Assembly (NCBI GenBank): GCA_965220345.1
Contig: OZ244822.1
Coordinates: 2,059,935 to 2,123,934 of the forward strand
Source: Candidatus Aldehydirespirator sp.
Lineage (GTDB): Bacteria; Actinomycetota; Acidimicrobiia; Acidimicrobiales; Aldehydirespiratoraceae
DNA: 64,000 nt
Direction: 5' to 3'
Positions 26,940 through 35,796 of the stretch are shown here, in pieces. Within the stretch, counting starts at the first letter, position 1, and each line of letters starts with the position of its first letter. The notes beneath the pieces were generated by a model. It saw nothing but the letters and a program-made list of their open reading frames with translations. It was not told where the DNA came from and made no database searches. A program made the position numbers and the translations under genes.

Positions 26940-28139
26940 ATGAGCCTCAACCCCTCTGAGCTTGCTGAAGTTGGGCGTTGTGCCGGTCTGGACGCGGTTG
27001 GTTTCTGCACAGCCGAGCCGTTCAGCGACACAGCTGACGCTCTGATCCGGCGCAAGCAAGCAGGCTTACACGCCGGGATGCAGTTCACATACCGAAACCC
27101 GCAACGCTCCACAGACCCGCGACATTTGCTGCCGGGTGCAGCCGCTCTCGTCGTTGGCGCGGTTGAGTTCGAGGCGCAACCCGCTGAACTCCAAGATGCC
27201 AGCACCAGCAGCGAGGTCAGAGTCGACAATCTCACCGGAGTCGACAATCTCACCGGCATAGACAAACCCACCGACACAAGACCCTGGGCTCGTGTGGCCG
27301 CCTACGCCCGGTCGGATTATTACGCCGTTTTAAGAAAAGGGCTCGAAGCCGTGGCCGAAGCCTTACGTAGCTGCGGGTATCAAGCTGTGGTAACCGCCGA
27401 CAGCAACGCTCTAGTTGACCGTGCCGCAGCTCATCGTTCTGGTATCGGCTGGTGGGGCAAGAACTCCAACATTTTGCTGCCCGGCCTGGGAAGCCTGGTA
27501 GTGCTGGGTTCGGTAGTGACCGATGCCGCAATCGTGACAAGCGATCCCGAACCGCTGGCTGATGGTTGCGGAACCTGCCAAAAATGCCTTGACGGCTGTC
27601 CGACAGGCGCGATCATTGCTGCGGGCACGGTGGATGCACGCCGTTGCCTCGCCTGGCTGGTGCAAGCCGACGGAGTGTTCGATCCTGAATACCGTGTCGC
27701 TCTCGGTGACCGCATCTACGGTTGCGACGACTGCTCAGACGTGTGCCCTCCTAATCGTCTGCGGATCCGGCGAACATCTAATCCTGATAGCGAGACCCCA
27801 AATATCGAACAGCAGTCTCGTGTGGATGTGCTGGAGTTGCTTGAAGCCTCCGACGAGGAACTGTTAAGGCGTTTCGGGCGCTGGTACATACCCCGACGAG
27901 AGCCTCGCTACCTGCGCCGTAACGCTCTAGTAGTACTGGCTAATGTGGGCGATCCTCGCGACCCGAAAGTCCGTTCAGCCCTAGAGCAGGCTTTGCGTGA
28001 CCCCGACCCGCTGATCAGAGCACACGGCGTGTGGTGCTGTCGCCGTCTCGGGCTGGATCTAACAGAGTTGCAAGGCGCTGACGACCCGCTGGTTGCAGCC
28101 GAACTGCGGAGAACGGTGCCTTTGCGAGCGGCGTTATGA
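26940..28139 (+). CDS. queG: Epoxyqueuosine reductase
   Basis: GWWGKNSNILLPGLGS, 4Fe-4S motifs CGTCQKCLDGCP and CDDCSDVCP, and C-terminal HEAT-like repeats. Confidence 0.88.
   Translation: MSLNPSELAEVGRCAGLDAVGFCTAEPFSDTADALIRRKQAGLHAGMQFTYRNPQRSTDPRHLLPGAAALVVGAVEFEAQPAELQDASTSSEVRVDNLTGVDNLTGIDKPTDTRPWARVAAYARSDYYAVLRKGLEAVAEALRSCGYQAVVTADSNALVDRAAAHRSGIGWWGKNSNILLPGLGSLVVLGSVVTDAAIVTSDPEPLADGCGTCQKCLDGCPTGAIIAAGTVDARRCLAWLVQADGVFDPEYRVALGDRIYGCDDCSDVCPPNRLRIRRTSNPDSETPNIEQQSRVDVLELLEASDEELLRRFGRWYIPRREPRYLRRNALVVLANVGDPRDPKVRSALEQALRDPDPLIRAHGVWCCRRLGLDLTELQGADDPLVAAELRRTVPLRAAL
27221..27256. repeat. Exact 18-bp in-frame tandem duplication (AGTCGACAATCTCACCGG x2) inside queG
   Basis: 27221-27238 equals 27239-27256; encodes VDNLTGVDNLTG. 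Confidence 0.95.
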
Positions 28140-29263
28140 CCCGTCATCTGCTTGTCACCAACGATTTCCCGCCCAAAGTGGGAGGGATCCAGAATTATCT
28201 GTGGGAACTTTGGCGGCGACTACCAGCAGACGATGTGGTGGTCTATACCACCCCGCATCGTGATGCAGCGGCTTTTGATGCCGCTCAATCATTCACGGTG
28301 CTGCGATCTCGTGAACCATGGCTACTGCCTGGGCCTCATCTGCTGCGGCGGGTGCGTCGCCTAGCGAAACAGCAAGAAGTGGATTTGGTGGTGATTGATC
28401 CGGCTCTTCCCGCGGGCCTGATCGGACCGTATCTGGGTCTGCGTTATGCCGTGGTGGTTCACGGTGCCGAAGCAGCTATTCCGGCACGCATCCGCGGCAC
28501 CAGACATCTGCTGTGCAGGGTGCTAAAGGATGCTGTGGGGGTGATCTCAGCAGGCGGTTACGCGGCTCGGGAGTGTCAACAAGTGCTGCAACATCCCTTG
28601 AATGCTTATCTAATCCCCCCAGGAGTTGACAGCGAACGTTTCACACCTTTGAGCGCTGAGCAACGACTCGAAGCACGTATGCGCCTAGGGCTGCCTGCGG
28701 ATGTTCCAGTTGTTGTGAGCGTGTCTCGCTTAGTGCCACGCAAAGGCATGGACACACTAATCCGCGCTGCGGCTTTGTTGCAGGGTACTCATCCTGATCT
28801 GCGGGTTGTGATCGCTGGGCAGGGACGTGACCGGCGGCGTCTTCACCGTTTGATTGAAAGCTTGGGTGCTCCAGTGCAACTTGTGGGACGTGTAGGTGAC
28901 GAGGATCTGGTGGCGTTGTATGGATGCGCCGATGTTTTCGCGATGCTATGCCGCACCCGCTGGGGCGGTTTGGAGCAGGAAGGTTTCGGGATCGTTTTTT
29001 TGGAGGCGGCTGCGGCGGGTGTAGCGCAGGTGGCGGGATGCAGCGGCGGTGCCCATGAAGCTGTGAGCCAGGATGAGACAGGCTTTGTGCTTGACCCGGC
29101 TACACCCCAAAACACCGCTGATGCCATAGCTGTTCTTCTGACTGACGTTGAACGTCGCAGACTTATGGGTATACAAGCCCGGCGACGTGCCGAAAACGAT
29201 TTCTCTTACGATGTCTTAGCTGCGAAGCTCAACAAGTCGCTGCATGAAATGGCTGCCTCGTGA
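28136..29263 (+). CDS. GT4-family glycosyltransferase (PimB-like mannosyltransferase family)
   Basis: LLVTNDFPPKVGGIQNYLWEL N-terminus and the E(x7)E region GLEQEGFGIVFLEAAA. ATGA overlap with the queG stop. Confidence 0.85.
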   Translation: MTRHLLVTNDFPPKVGGIQNYLWELWRRLPADDVVVYTTPHRDAAAFDAAQSFTVLRSREPWLLPGPHLLRRVRRLAKQQEVDLVVIDPALPAGLIGPYLGLRYAVVVHGAEAAIPARIRGTRHLLCRVLKDAVGVISAGGYAARECQQVLQHPLNAYLIPPGVDSERFTPLSAEQRLEARMRLGLPADVPVVVSVSRLVPRKGMDTLIRAAALLQGTHPDLRVVIAGQGRDRRRLHRLIESLGAPVQLVGRVGDEDLVALYGCADVFAMLCRTRWGGLEQEGFGIVFLEAAAAGVAQVAGCSGGAHEAVSQDETGFVLDPATPQNTADAIAVLLTDVERRRLMGIQARRRAENDFSYDVLAAKLNKSLHEMAAS

Positions 29264-29290
29264 AACGCTTGACACAGATAAAATAACGAT

Positions 29291-29743
29291 GTGGTTGATC
29301 AGGTAACCCAGAAAACCACGATCATGGCTCCGCCGTCGCGCTGTTTCGACGCAGCTATTGATTTCGATCAGTATCCCCGCTGGGCGCGTGACATCAAAGA
29401 AGCTCAGATACTCGCCCGTGACCGCGACGGTCGTGCGGTGGATGTCAAATATCGAGTGACCGCCATGGGCAGGTCCACCACCTATACGCTCAGATATTTT
29501 TACGGATCTGATCCACTGAGGTTGGCTTGGAGGCTGCAACGGGGCGATGCTACTTCTCGTCTTGACGGCGAATACAGCTTCGCAGAAGTTGACGGTGAGC
29601 CCGAAACCACTGAAGTGACATATCATCTAGCGGTGGAGTTAGCCGTTCCGTTGCCTGGGTTTATCAAGCGCCGAGCTGAGTCGCGCATCACGCATACTGC
29701 GGTCGACGAGTTGAAGGCATACATCGAAGCTGCCGGTGCTTGA
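29291..29743 (+). CDS. SRPBCC-fold protein (polyketide cyclase/dehydrase-like)
   Basis: IMAPPSRCFDAAIDFDQYPRWARDI is typical of COG2867-type proteins; 150 aa. Confidence 0.75.
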   Translation: MVDQVTQKTTIMAPPSRCFDAAIDFDQYPRWARDIKEAQILARDRDGRAVDVKYRVTAMGRSTTYTLRYFYGSDPLRLAWRLQRGDATSRLDGEYSFAEVDGEPETTEVTYHLAVELAVPLPGFIKRRAESRITHTAVDELKAYIEAAGA

Positions 29744-29903
29744 ACAGCCAGCGACGCAGGTTCAGCCTTCGCGCAACGGCCTTGCTGAGCGCAGTTACAC
29801 AGCCGCATCTAGACCAGATAACGCATCTGTGCCAGATAAACAGCTCGTTGAAACCGGCAGACCAGCGCCCGTAAACGGATACGAAGGATAGACAGCAGCA
29901 GCA

Positions 29904-30851
29904 ATGTACGGCGGTCTAGATATCGGTGGCACCAAAGTTTTGGGCTTGGCGGTGAGCCCGGAGGATCCCTTGACTCCGTTAGCGACTCGCCGTACTACCA
30001 CAGTCAATGAAGGAGACGCTCTGATCGCTTCCATGATTGAGGTCATCAACGGTCTAGAAGCCGACTGCGGCACTAGCTTCTCGGCTGTTGGTGTAGGCAT
30101 AGCGGGCTTAGTCGAATCCACTGGAGTGCTCAAATATTCGCCCAACATTGACGCAGTGATTGACCTTGATGTTCGACATCGTCTGCGGGCGGAGCTGCGC
30201 CGTCCAGTGGTGGTAGATAATGAGGCGACCGCGGCTGCATGGGCTGAATCGCAGTATGGCGCAGCCCGAGGTGCCCATCATGTGGCGCTGGTGGCTCTCG
30301 GCACGGGAGTAGGCACCGGGTTCGTGCTCAACGGCAGGCTCTACCGCGGCTGGAACGGTTTCGCTGGAGAGTCGGGTCATATGACCATCGAAGTGTCCGG
30401 CCCGGAGCATGTCACCGGTGCCAGCGGCCCTTGGGAGTATTACGCGTCGGGCACGGGACTGGGTCGCCTAGCCCGCCAAGCCGGAGAACGAGGCGACTTT
30501 GACTCGGCAGTGGCAGCCGCTGGCTCGGTGAGCGCTATTCGGGGTGAGCATGTGCATGCGCTGGTGGCATCAGGTGACCCTGACGCTTTGGCCGTGCTTG
30601 ACGAGTTCTGCTATTACACAGCTATAGGAGTAGCCAACTTGGTGCATGTGCTTGACCCGGAGATGGTCGTAATAGCGGGAGGACTTGTGGAAATCGGTGA
30701 GCCGCTGGTGCGAGGCGTGGAAGCTTGGACACATCGCCTGGTTTTGGGTGGTGCCCAGCGCCGCCCAGTGCAGGTAGTGCCTGCCCAACTTGGCAGCAAC
30801 GCCAGTGCAATCGGGGCGGCTCTGCTCGCTGCCGAGCATCAGGCTTCGTGA
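29904..30851 (+). CDS. ROK-family glucokinase
   Basis: GLDIGGTK N-terminus, GAARG, and the ROK signature region GNGFAGESGHM. Confidence 0.85.
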   Translation: MYGGLDIGGTKVLGLAVSPEDPLTPLATRRTTTVNEGDALIASMIEVINGLEADCGTSFSAVGVGIAGLVESTGVLKYSPNIDAVIDLDVRHRLRAELRRPVVVDNEATAAAWAESQYGAARGAHHVALVALGTGVGTGFVLNGRLYRGWNGFAGESGHMTIEVSGPEHVTGASGPWEYYASGTGLGRLARQAGERGDFDSAVAAAGSVSAIRGEHVHALVASGDPDALAVLDEFCYYTAIGVANLVHVLDPEMVVIAGGLVEIGEPLVRGVEAWTHRLVLGGAQRRPVQVVPAQLGSNASAIGAALLAAEHQAS

Positions 30852-31879
30852 TGCGAGTCGGGATTCTCACTGGAGGCGGCGACTGCCCAGGGCTTAACGC
30901 CGTGATCAGAGCAGTGGTACGAAAAGCAGAACGCCACTATGGACATCAAGTGATCGGTTTCTTGGATGGTTGGCGTGGAGTTGTTGACGATGACTGGGTG
31001 CAACTTGATGTTGCGGCTTGCCGCGGTCTTCTGCCAAAAGGTGGCACTGTTTTGGGGACTTCACGGCATACACCGTTTAATCTTCCTGACGGTATGACTC
31101 GAGCCAGCGAGACGATGCACAACCATGATCTTGAGGCTCTGATCGCTATCGGTGGTGAAGGCACTCTGTCATGCGCAGCCGAGGTTTCAGATATGGGCTT
31201 CAAAGTGATCGGTGTTCCCAAAACGATTGACAACGACGTGGGATTAACCGAGCGAACTTTCGGGTTCGACACAGCCGTGACGGTCGCCACCGAAGCAATC
31301 GACCGGCTTCACACCACCGCTGAGAGCCATGCCCGAGTCATGTTCGTTGAAGTGATGGGTCGAAACGTGGGACACATCGCTACCTGGGCTGGGATCGCTG
31401 GAGGAGCGACCTACACGCTGGTACCTGAAGAGCCCTTCGATTTGGAGGAATTGTGCGCGGCTTTGTTGCGTCGCAAAGCTCGAGGGCGTTACGCCTCGAT
31501 TGTGGTGGTAGCCGAAGGCGCTAGGCCGCTGCCAGGCACTTTGGAGATATCCGAGCCGCCGGTTGATGCATACGGTCATAAACGCCTCGGCGGCATCGCC
31601 ACCGTGATCGCAGATGAGGTTGAGAAACGCACCAGTCTTGAGACTCGGGTCACCATTCTCGGGCATGTGCAGCGGGGAGGGTCACCGACACCTTTTGATC
31701 GTGTTTTGGCTACGCGTTTTGGTGTGGCCGCGATTGATGCGGCCCACGACGGGAACTTCGGCCAGATGGTGGCATTGCGCAGCGGCGCTATCGAACTTGT
31801 GCCGCTGAAGGAAGCCACTATGAACCTAAAGCCGGTGAGCCCCGAACTGCTAGAGGTCGCTCACGCTTTCTTTGCTTGA
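30851..31879 (+). CDS. pfkA: 6-phosphofructokinase (ATP- or PPi-dependent)
   Basis: MRVGILTGGGDCPGLNAVIRAVV, IGGEGT, PKTIDND. ATG 30851 overlaps the preceding TGA by 1 nt; the ORF-track start at 30725 is too long. Confidence 0.9.
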   Translation: MRVGILTGGGDCPGLNAVIRAVVRKAERHYGHQVIGFLDGWRGVVDDDWVQLDVAACRGLLPKGGTVLGTSRHTPFNLPDGMTRASETMHNHDLEALIAIGGEGTLSCAAEVSDMGFKVIGVPKTIDNDVGLTERTFGFDTAVTVATEAIDRLHTTAESHARVMFVEVMGRNVGHIATWAGIAGGATYTLVPEEPFDLEELCAALLRRKARGRYASIVVVAEGARPLPGTLEISEPPVDAYGHKRLGGIATVIADEVEKRTSLETRVTILGHVQRGGSPTPFDRVLATRFGVAAIDAAHDGNFGQMVALRSGAIELVPLKEATMNLKPVSPELLEVAHAFFA

Positions 31880-31930
31880 CAGGCACCCGAGTTCAACAGG
31901 CACCAGAGTTCAACAAGCACCCGAGTTCGT
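31880..31930. repeat. 17-bp tandem direct repeat x3 (CAGGCACCCGAGTTCAA-like)
   Basis: Units at 31880, 31897 and 31914, starting immediately after the pfkA stop codon. Confidence 0.9.
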
Positions 31931-31972
31931 CTGTATTCAGCCCGGCCCGCTGATGCCGGTACGCTCGCAGCT

Positions 31973-33190
31973 ATGAGCATCCCCACGACAACGAACAGCA
32001 ATCAGATATCGCAACGTGTCGGCGCTATAGCGCCTTCAGCGACTTTGGCGGTGACCGCTAAGGCCGCAGCTTTGCGTGCAGCAGGGGAGAAGGTCATCAG
32101 TTTCGGCGCTGGTGAGCCGGATTTCGCGACCCCAGATCACATTGTGGAAGCAGCTGTCTCAGCGTGTCGTGATCCCAAAAATCACAAGTACAGCGGTGTC
32201 GGAGGGTTGCCGGAACTGCGTGAAGCGGTAGCGGCCAAGACTCTGCGCGACTCAGGGCTTGAGGTTGATCCTGGTGATGTGCTCATCACCAACGGCGGCA
32301 AGCACGCCGTTTACAACGCGATTGCTGCTGTGGTAGACGCAGGCGATGAAGTGCTGTTGCCTGCGCCGTATTGGACCACTTACCCAGAGCCGATCGCACT
32401 CAGTGGCGGGATAGCAGTGCCGCTGCTGACCACAGCGAAAAACGGTTTCCGTGTCAGCGTTGAGCAACTTGAAGCCGCCCGCACGTCACGCACCAAAGCG
32501 CTGGTGTTCGTGTCGCCTTCTAATCCGACCGGTGCCGTGTATTCCCGAACCGAGATTGAAGAGATCGGCGGCTGGGCGGCAGATAACGGCATCTGGGTGC
32601 TGACCGACGAGATTTATGAGCATCTCACTTACGGTGCCGCGCAGCATCATTCGATGCCTGTGGTGGTGCCACAAGTTCGTGAACGTTGCATCGTGCTCAA
32701 CGGCGTAGCCAAAACATATGCCATGACCGGCTGGCGGGTTGGGTGGATGATCGGCCCCAAAGACGCGTTGGCCGCGGCCCGCAACCTGCAAAGCCACTGC
32801 ACCTCTAATGTGTGCAATGTCGCGCAAGTAGCTGCGTTGGCTGCCGTGTCGGGGCCGCTTGATGCGGTGGTGGAGATGCGCAGTCATTTTGATCGCAGAC
32901 GCCTCATGATGCATCAGCTACTTAGTGGCATTGAAGGAGTGATATGCCCCGAACCGCAAGGTGCGTTCTACGCCTATCCCGACGCTTCGGGACTGTTGGG
33001 TCGTGATTTCGGTGGGGTTCAGCCGACTAGCACTCTTGAGCTGGCTGATCTGCTGCTAGAGCAGGCCAAGGTGGCGGTGGTGCCAGGCGAAGCTTTCGGT
33101 GTCAGCGGCGGTTTGAGGCTCTCGTTCGCTTTGGGCGACGACGACTTGAGCGAAGGCGTGACCCGCATGGTCGAACTTTTTAGTTCGTGA
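31973..33190 (+). CDS. Class I PLP-dependent aminotransferase (aspartate aminotransferase type)
   Basis: [10 protein letters not shown] and [16 protein letters not shown] (PLP lysine); 405 aa. Confidence 0.88.
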   Translation: MSIPTTTNSNQISQRVGAIAPSATLAVTAKAAALRAAGEKVISFGAGEPDFATPDHIVEAAVSACRDPKNHKYSGVGGLPELREAVAAKTLRDSGLEVDPGDVLITNGGKHAVYNAIAAVVDAGDEVLLPAPYWTTYPEPIALSGGIAVPLLTTAKNGFRVSVEQLEAARTSRTKALVFVSPSNPTGAVYSRTEIEEIGGWAADNGIWVLTDEIYEHLTYGAAQHHSMPVVVPQVRERCIVLNGVAKTYAMTGWRVGWMIGPKDALAAARNLQSHCTSNVCNVAQVAALAAVSGPLDAVVEMRSHFDRRRLMMHQLLSGIEGVICPEPQGAFYAYPDASGLLGRDFGGVQPTSTLELADLLLEQAKVAVVPGEAFGVSGGLRLSFALGDDDLSEGVTRMVELFSS

Positions 33191-33223
33191 GCATTTGAGT
33201 ATCTGAGTGTTGCAACGTTTGAT

Positions 33224-35329
33224 TTGGATGGCTTGGATGCTGCTGTGAGCGAACCACGGGTGCTGCCGTACGGTGAATGGCCTTCAGCGGTGAGCGCTGA
33301 GTGTTTGGTGCAAGGCGCAGCATCAATCTCAGAAGTTATAGCCGATCCACGCCAGCCGTGGCTGCTGTGGTGGGCTGAGAGCCGCCCCGATGAAGCCGGA
33401 AGAACAGCAGTCATGCGCTGCGATCTACGCAACGGGAACCCCGAAGAGTTCACTGCGCCTGATGCTAATGTTCGCACTCTGGTACACGAATACGGCGGAG
33501 CTGGATGGTGGCCTTTTGATGGTTCGCTCTACTACGTTGAGTTTGCGGATCAGCGCTTGCGCAGGGTTGATCGTCCAGGTGAGCCGTCGCTGCTGCTGAC
33601 CGGTGAGCCGTCTGAGCCTCAAGCGTGGCGTTACGCAGATGGCCGGGTCACCCCTGACGGTGCTTGGAGCGTGTGCGTGGAGGAGCGCCACGACATTGGT
33701 GGTGCTGCTGAACCAGTGAATCGTTTGGTGGCGGTGGCTTGTGACGGTTCGCAGCAGGTGCGTGAGTTGTGGTCGGATGCCGATTTTGTGATGACACCAC
33801 GGGTTTCACCGGACGGATCAAAGCTGGCCTGGATCTCTTGGGATCATCCCAACATGGGTTGGGATGCAACCCGGTTGCATGTTCACGAATTCAATAATGC
33901 GCAACTTGGTGCCGAGTTGCTGGTGTTGGGCGGGGATGGTGATCGCAGCCTTTGCGAGCCCGGCTGGGTCTTGTTGTCTGACTCAGAGTCAGCGCCGGGA
34001 TCGAAGTCTGAGCCGAGCCTGATGGTGTGCAGCGATCACGACAACTGGTGGGGGCTCTATGAGGTGTGCCTGCAAAGTGGGGCATTGCTGCCTGTCGTGA
34101 ACGGTAATTTTGATGTGGCTACACCGCCGTGGGTTTTTGGGATGCAGCGCTGGGCTGCTGCGGGCACAGCTGTGGCGGCTGTGGCAGCCAGAGCATCGGG
34201 TGACCAGATACTGCTAAACGGCCAAGCATTACAGCTGCCTGACTCTTCAATCTCGTCACTAACTTGCGCGCGCTTGCGTGACCCTGCTGCTGATGATCTT
34301 GCTACTGATAATCCTGAAGCGGCTGAGGCCGAGTCGGCTGATGCTGCGGCAACAGTTCTGGCTTATGCGGGTGCTGGTTACCGCCACGAAGTCGAAGTGG
34401 TGGCGTTGCACGTCAAGCCCAACGGCGCTGTTGAACGTCATGTGCTGCGCCCAGCGAGGTCGCTTGACTTCGACAGCAGTCTGCTGATTGAGCCTGAAGC
34501 GATCAGCTTCCCGACCGGACCGACCGGTACTGAAGGTGATGAAACAGCGCACGCTCTGTATTACAAGCCAGCTAATGCGGCTTGTGTGGCACCGCCCGGC
34601 GACAAGCCTCCGTTGCTGGTAACCGCTCACGGTGGACCTACCGCAGCGGCTCGCCGTCAACTTCAGCTCGGGATCACCTATTGGACTTCTCGGGGCATCG
34701 CAGTAGCAGATGTTGACTATCGCGGTTCGACCGGCTACGGACGCAGCTATCGCCGCAGCCTGGAAGGCAACTGGGGTGTCAGCGACGTGCAGGATTGCAT
34801 TGCTGCGGCACAGTTCTTGGCGGAGCGAGGCGATGTTGATCCTCAGCGGCTGATAATCCGCGGTGGTAGCGCAGGCGGTTTCACTGTGCTAGCGGCGCTG
34901 GCTTTCCATGACACCTTCGCAGCCGGTGCTAGTCGTTACGGGATCGCTGACCTTGAAGCTTTGGCCGCCGATACTCACAAGTTCGAGTCTCGCTATCTGG
35001 ATCGTCTTGTGGGGCCTTACCCGCAAGCCGCAGAGGTTTACCGTGACCGCTCGCCGATCCATCACATAGACGGTTTCAATGTGCCGATGATCGTGCTGCA
35101 AGGAGACCAAGACAAGATCGTGCCGCCGTCGCAGTCCGAGATGATCGTGGAGGCACTCAAAGCCAAAGGAGTGCCGGTTGCCTACCTACTTTTTGAGGGC
35201 GAACAACACGGCTTCCGCAAAGCCGACAACATCGTCACTGCTTTACAGGCAGAGTTGTCTTTCTTTGGTCGGGTGCTCGGATTCACTCCAGCAGACGCGC
35301 CCATCAATCTGGAGATCAGCGGCCTTTGA
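33224..35329 (+). CDS. S9-family serine peptidase (prolyl oligopeptidase / acylaminoacyl peptidase-like)
   Basis: N-terminal beta-propeller region and a C-terminal hydrolase domain with IRGGSAGGF (GxSxGG), plus a D and H later. Start codon ambiguous (TTG 33224 or downstream GTGs). Confidence 0.85.
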   Translation: MDGLDAAVSEPRVLPYGEWPSAVSAECLVQGAASISEVIADPRQPWLLWWAESRPDEAGRTAVMRCDLRNGNPEEFTAPDANVRTLVHEYGGAGWWPFDGSLYYVEFADQRLRRVDRPGEPSLLLTGEPSEPQAWRYADGRVTPDGAWSVCVEERHDIGGAAEPVNRLVAVACDGSQQVRELWSDADFVMTPRVSPDGSKLAWISWDHPNMGWDATRLHVHEFNNAQLGAELLVLGGDGDRSLCEPGWVLLSDSESAPGSKSEPSLMVCSDHDNWWGLYEVCLQSGALLPVVNGNFDVATPPWVFGMQRWAAAGTAVAAVAARASGDQILLNGQALQLPDSSISSLTCARLRDPAADDLATDNPEAAEAESADAAATVLAYAGAGYRHEVEVVALHVKPNGAVERHVLRPARSLDFDSSLLIEPEAISFPTGPTGTEGDETAHALYYKPANAACVAPPGDKPPLLVTAHGGPTAAARRQLQLGITYWTSRGIAVADVDYRGSTGYGRSYRRSLEGNWGVSDVQDCIAAAQFLAERGDVDPQRLIIRGGSAGGFTVLAALAFHDTFAAGASRYGIADLEALAADTHKFESRYLDRLVGPYPQAAEVYRDRSPIHHIDGFNVPMIVLQGDQDKIVPPSQSEMIVEALKAKGVPVAYLLFEGEQHGFRKADNIVTALQAELSFFGRVLGFTPADAPINLEISGL

Positions 35330-35381
35330 TTCGGTTGCGTGATCGTTGCGGTATTGAGGCAGTAGAGAGATTGAGGCGAGG

Positions 35382-35720
35382 TCAGGCTTTATCGTCGCTG
35401 TCGGCGGTTTCTGTCGTGTCTGCGGGGTCAGCCACAGCGTCACCGATTGTGGTGGTCTCAGAATCTGTTTCAGCTTCGCCTTCATGTTCGCCAACCGAAG
35501 CTTCTGATGCCTCTGATGCGGTGCTGTTGTCGTCTGGGTTGATACTGCCTTCAACGGGTTGACCGCTTCGGGCAGCGGTTTCAGCGATAGTCGGCCAAGC
35601 TGCTTCAGATGTGGCTGTCTGGCGCCTGCGATTGAGCAGCAACTTGCCCACACCTACAGCAGCGCCTGCGACAGCACCGAACTTGAGCAATCGAAAGATT
35701 CGTGAAAAGAGGCGAGCCAT
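35382..35720 (-). CDS. Small membrane-anchored acidic protein (resembles actinobacterial DLW-39-type small proteins)
   Basis: N-terminal TM segment FGAVAGAAVGVGKLLL, then a basic patch and an acidic S/T/E/D tail. The family resemblance is weak. Confidence 0.45.
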   Translation of the reverse strand: MARLFSRIFRLLKFGAVAGAAVGVGKLLLNRRRQTATSEAAWPTIAETAARSGQPVEGSINPDDNSTASEASEASVGEHEGEAETDSETTTIGDAVADPADTTETADSDDKA

Positions 35721-35796
35721 GCCTATCAGACTAGCGGTCGCCTGCTGACGTTTGTGCTCGTCAACTTGTGCGCTGACGGGAGAGCGAACTTGGTCG

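Noticed and set aside
26903-27277. A 124-aa minus-strand ORF with a repeated PVRLST motif
   Set aside because: It is antisense to the queG 5' region. Its repeat is just the reverse reading of the 18-bp duplication.
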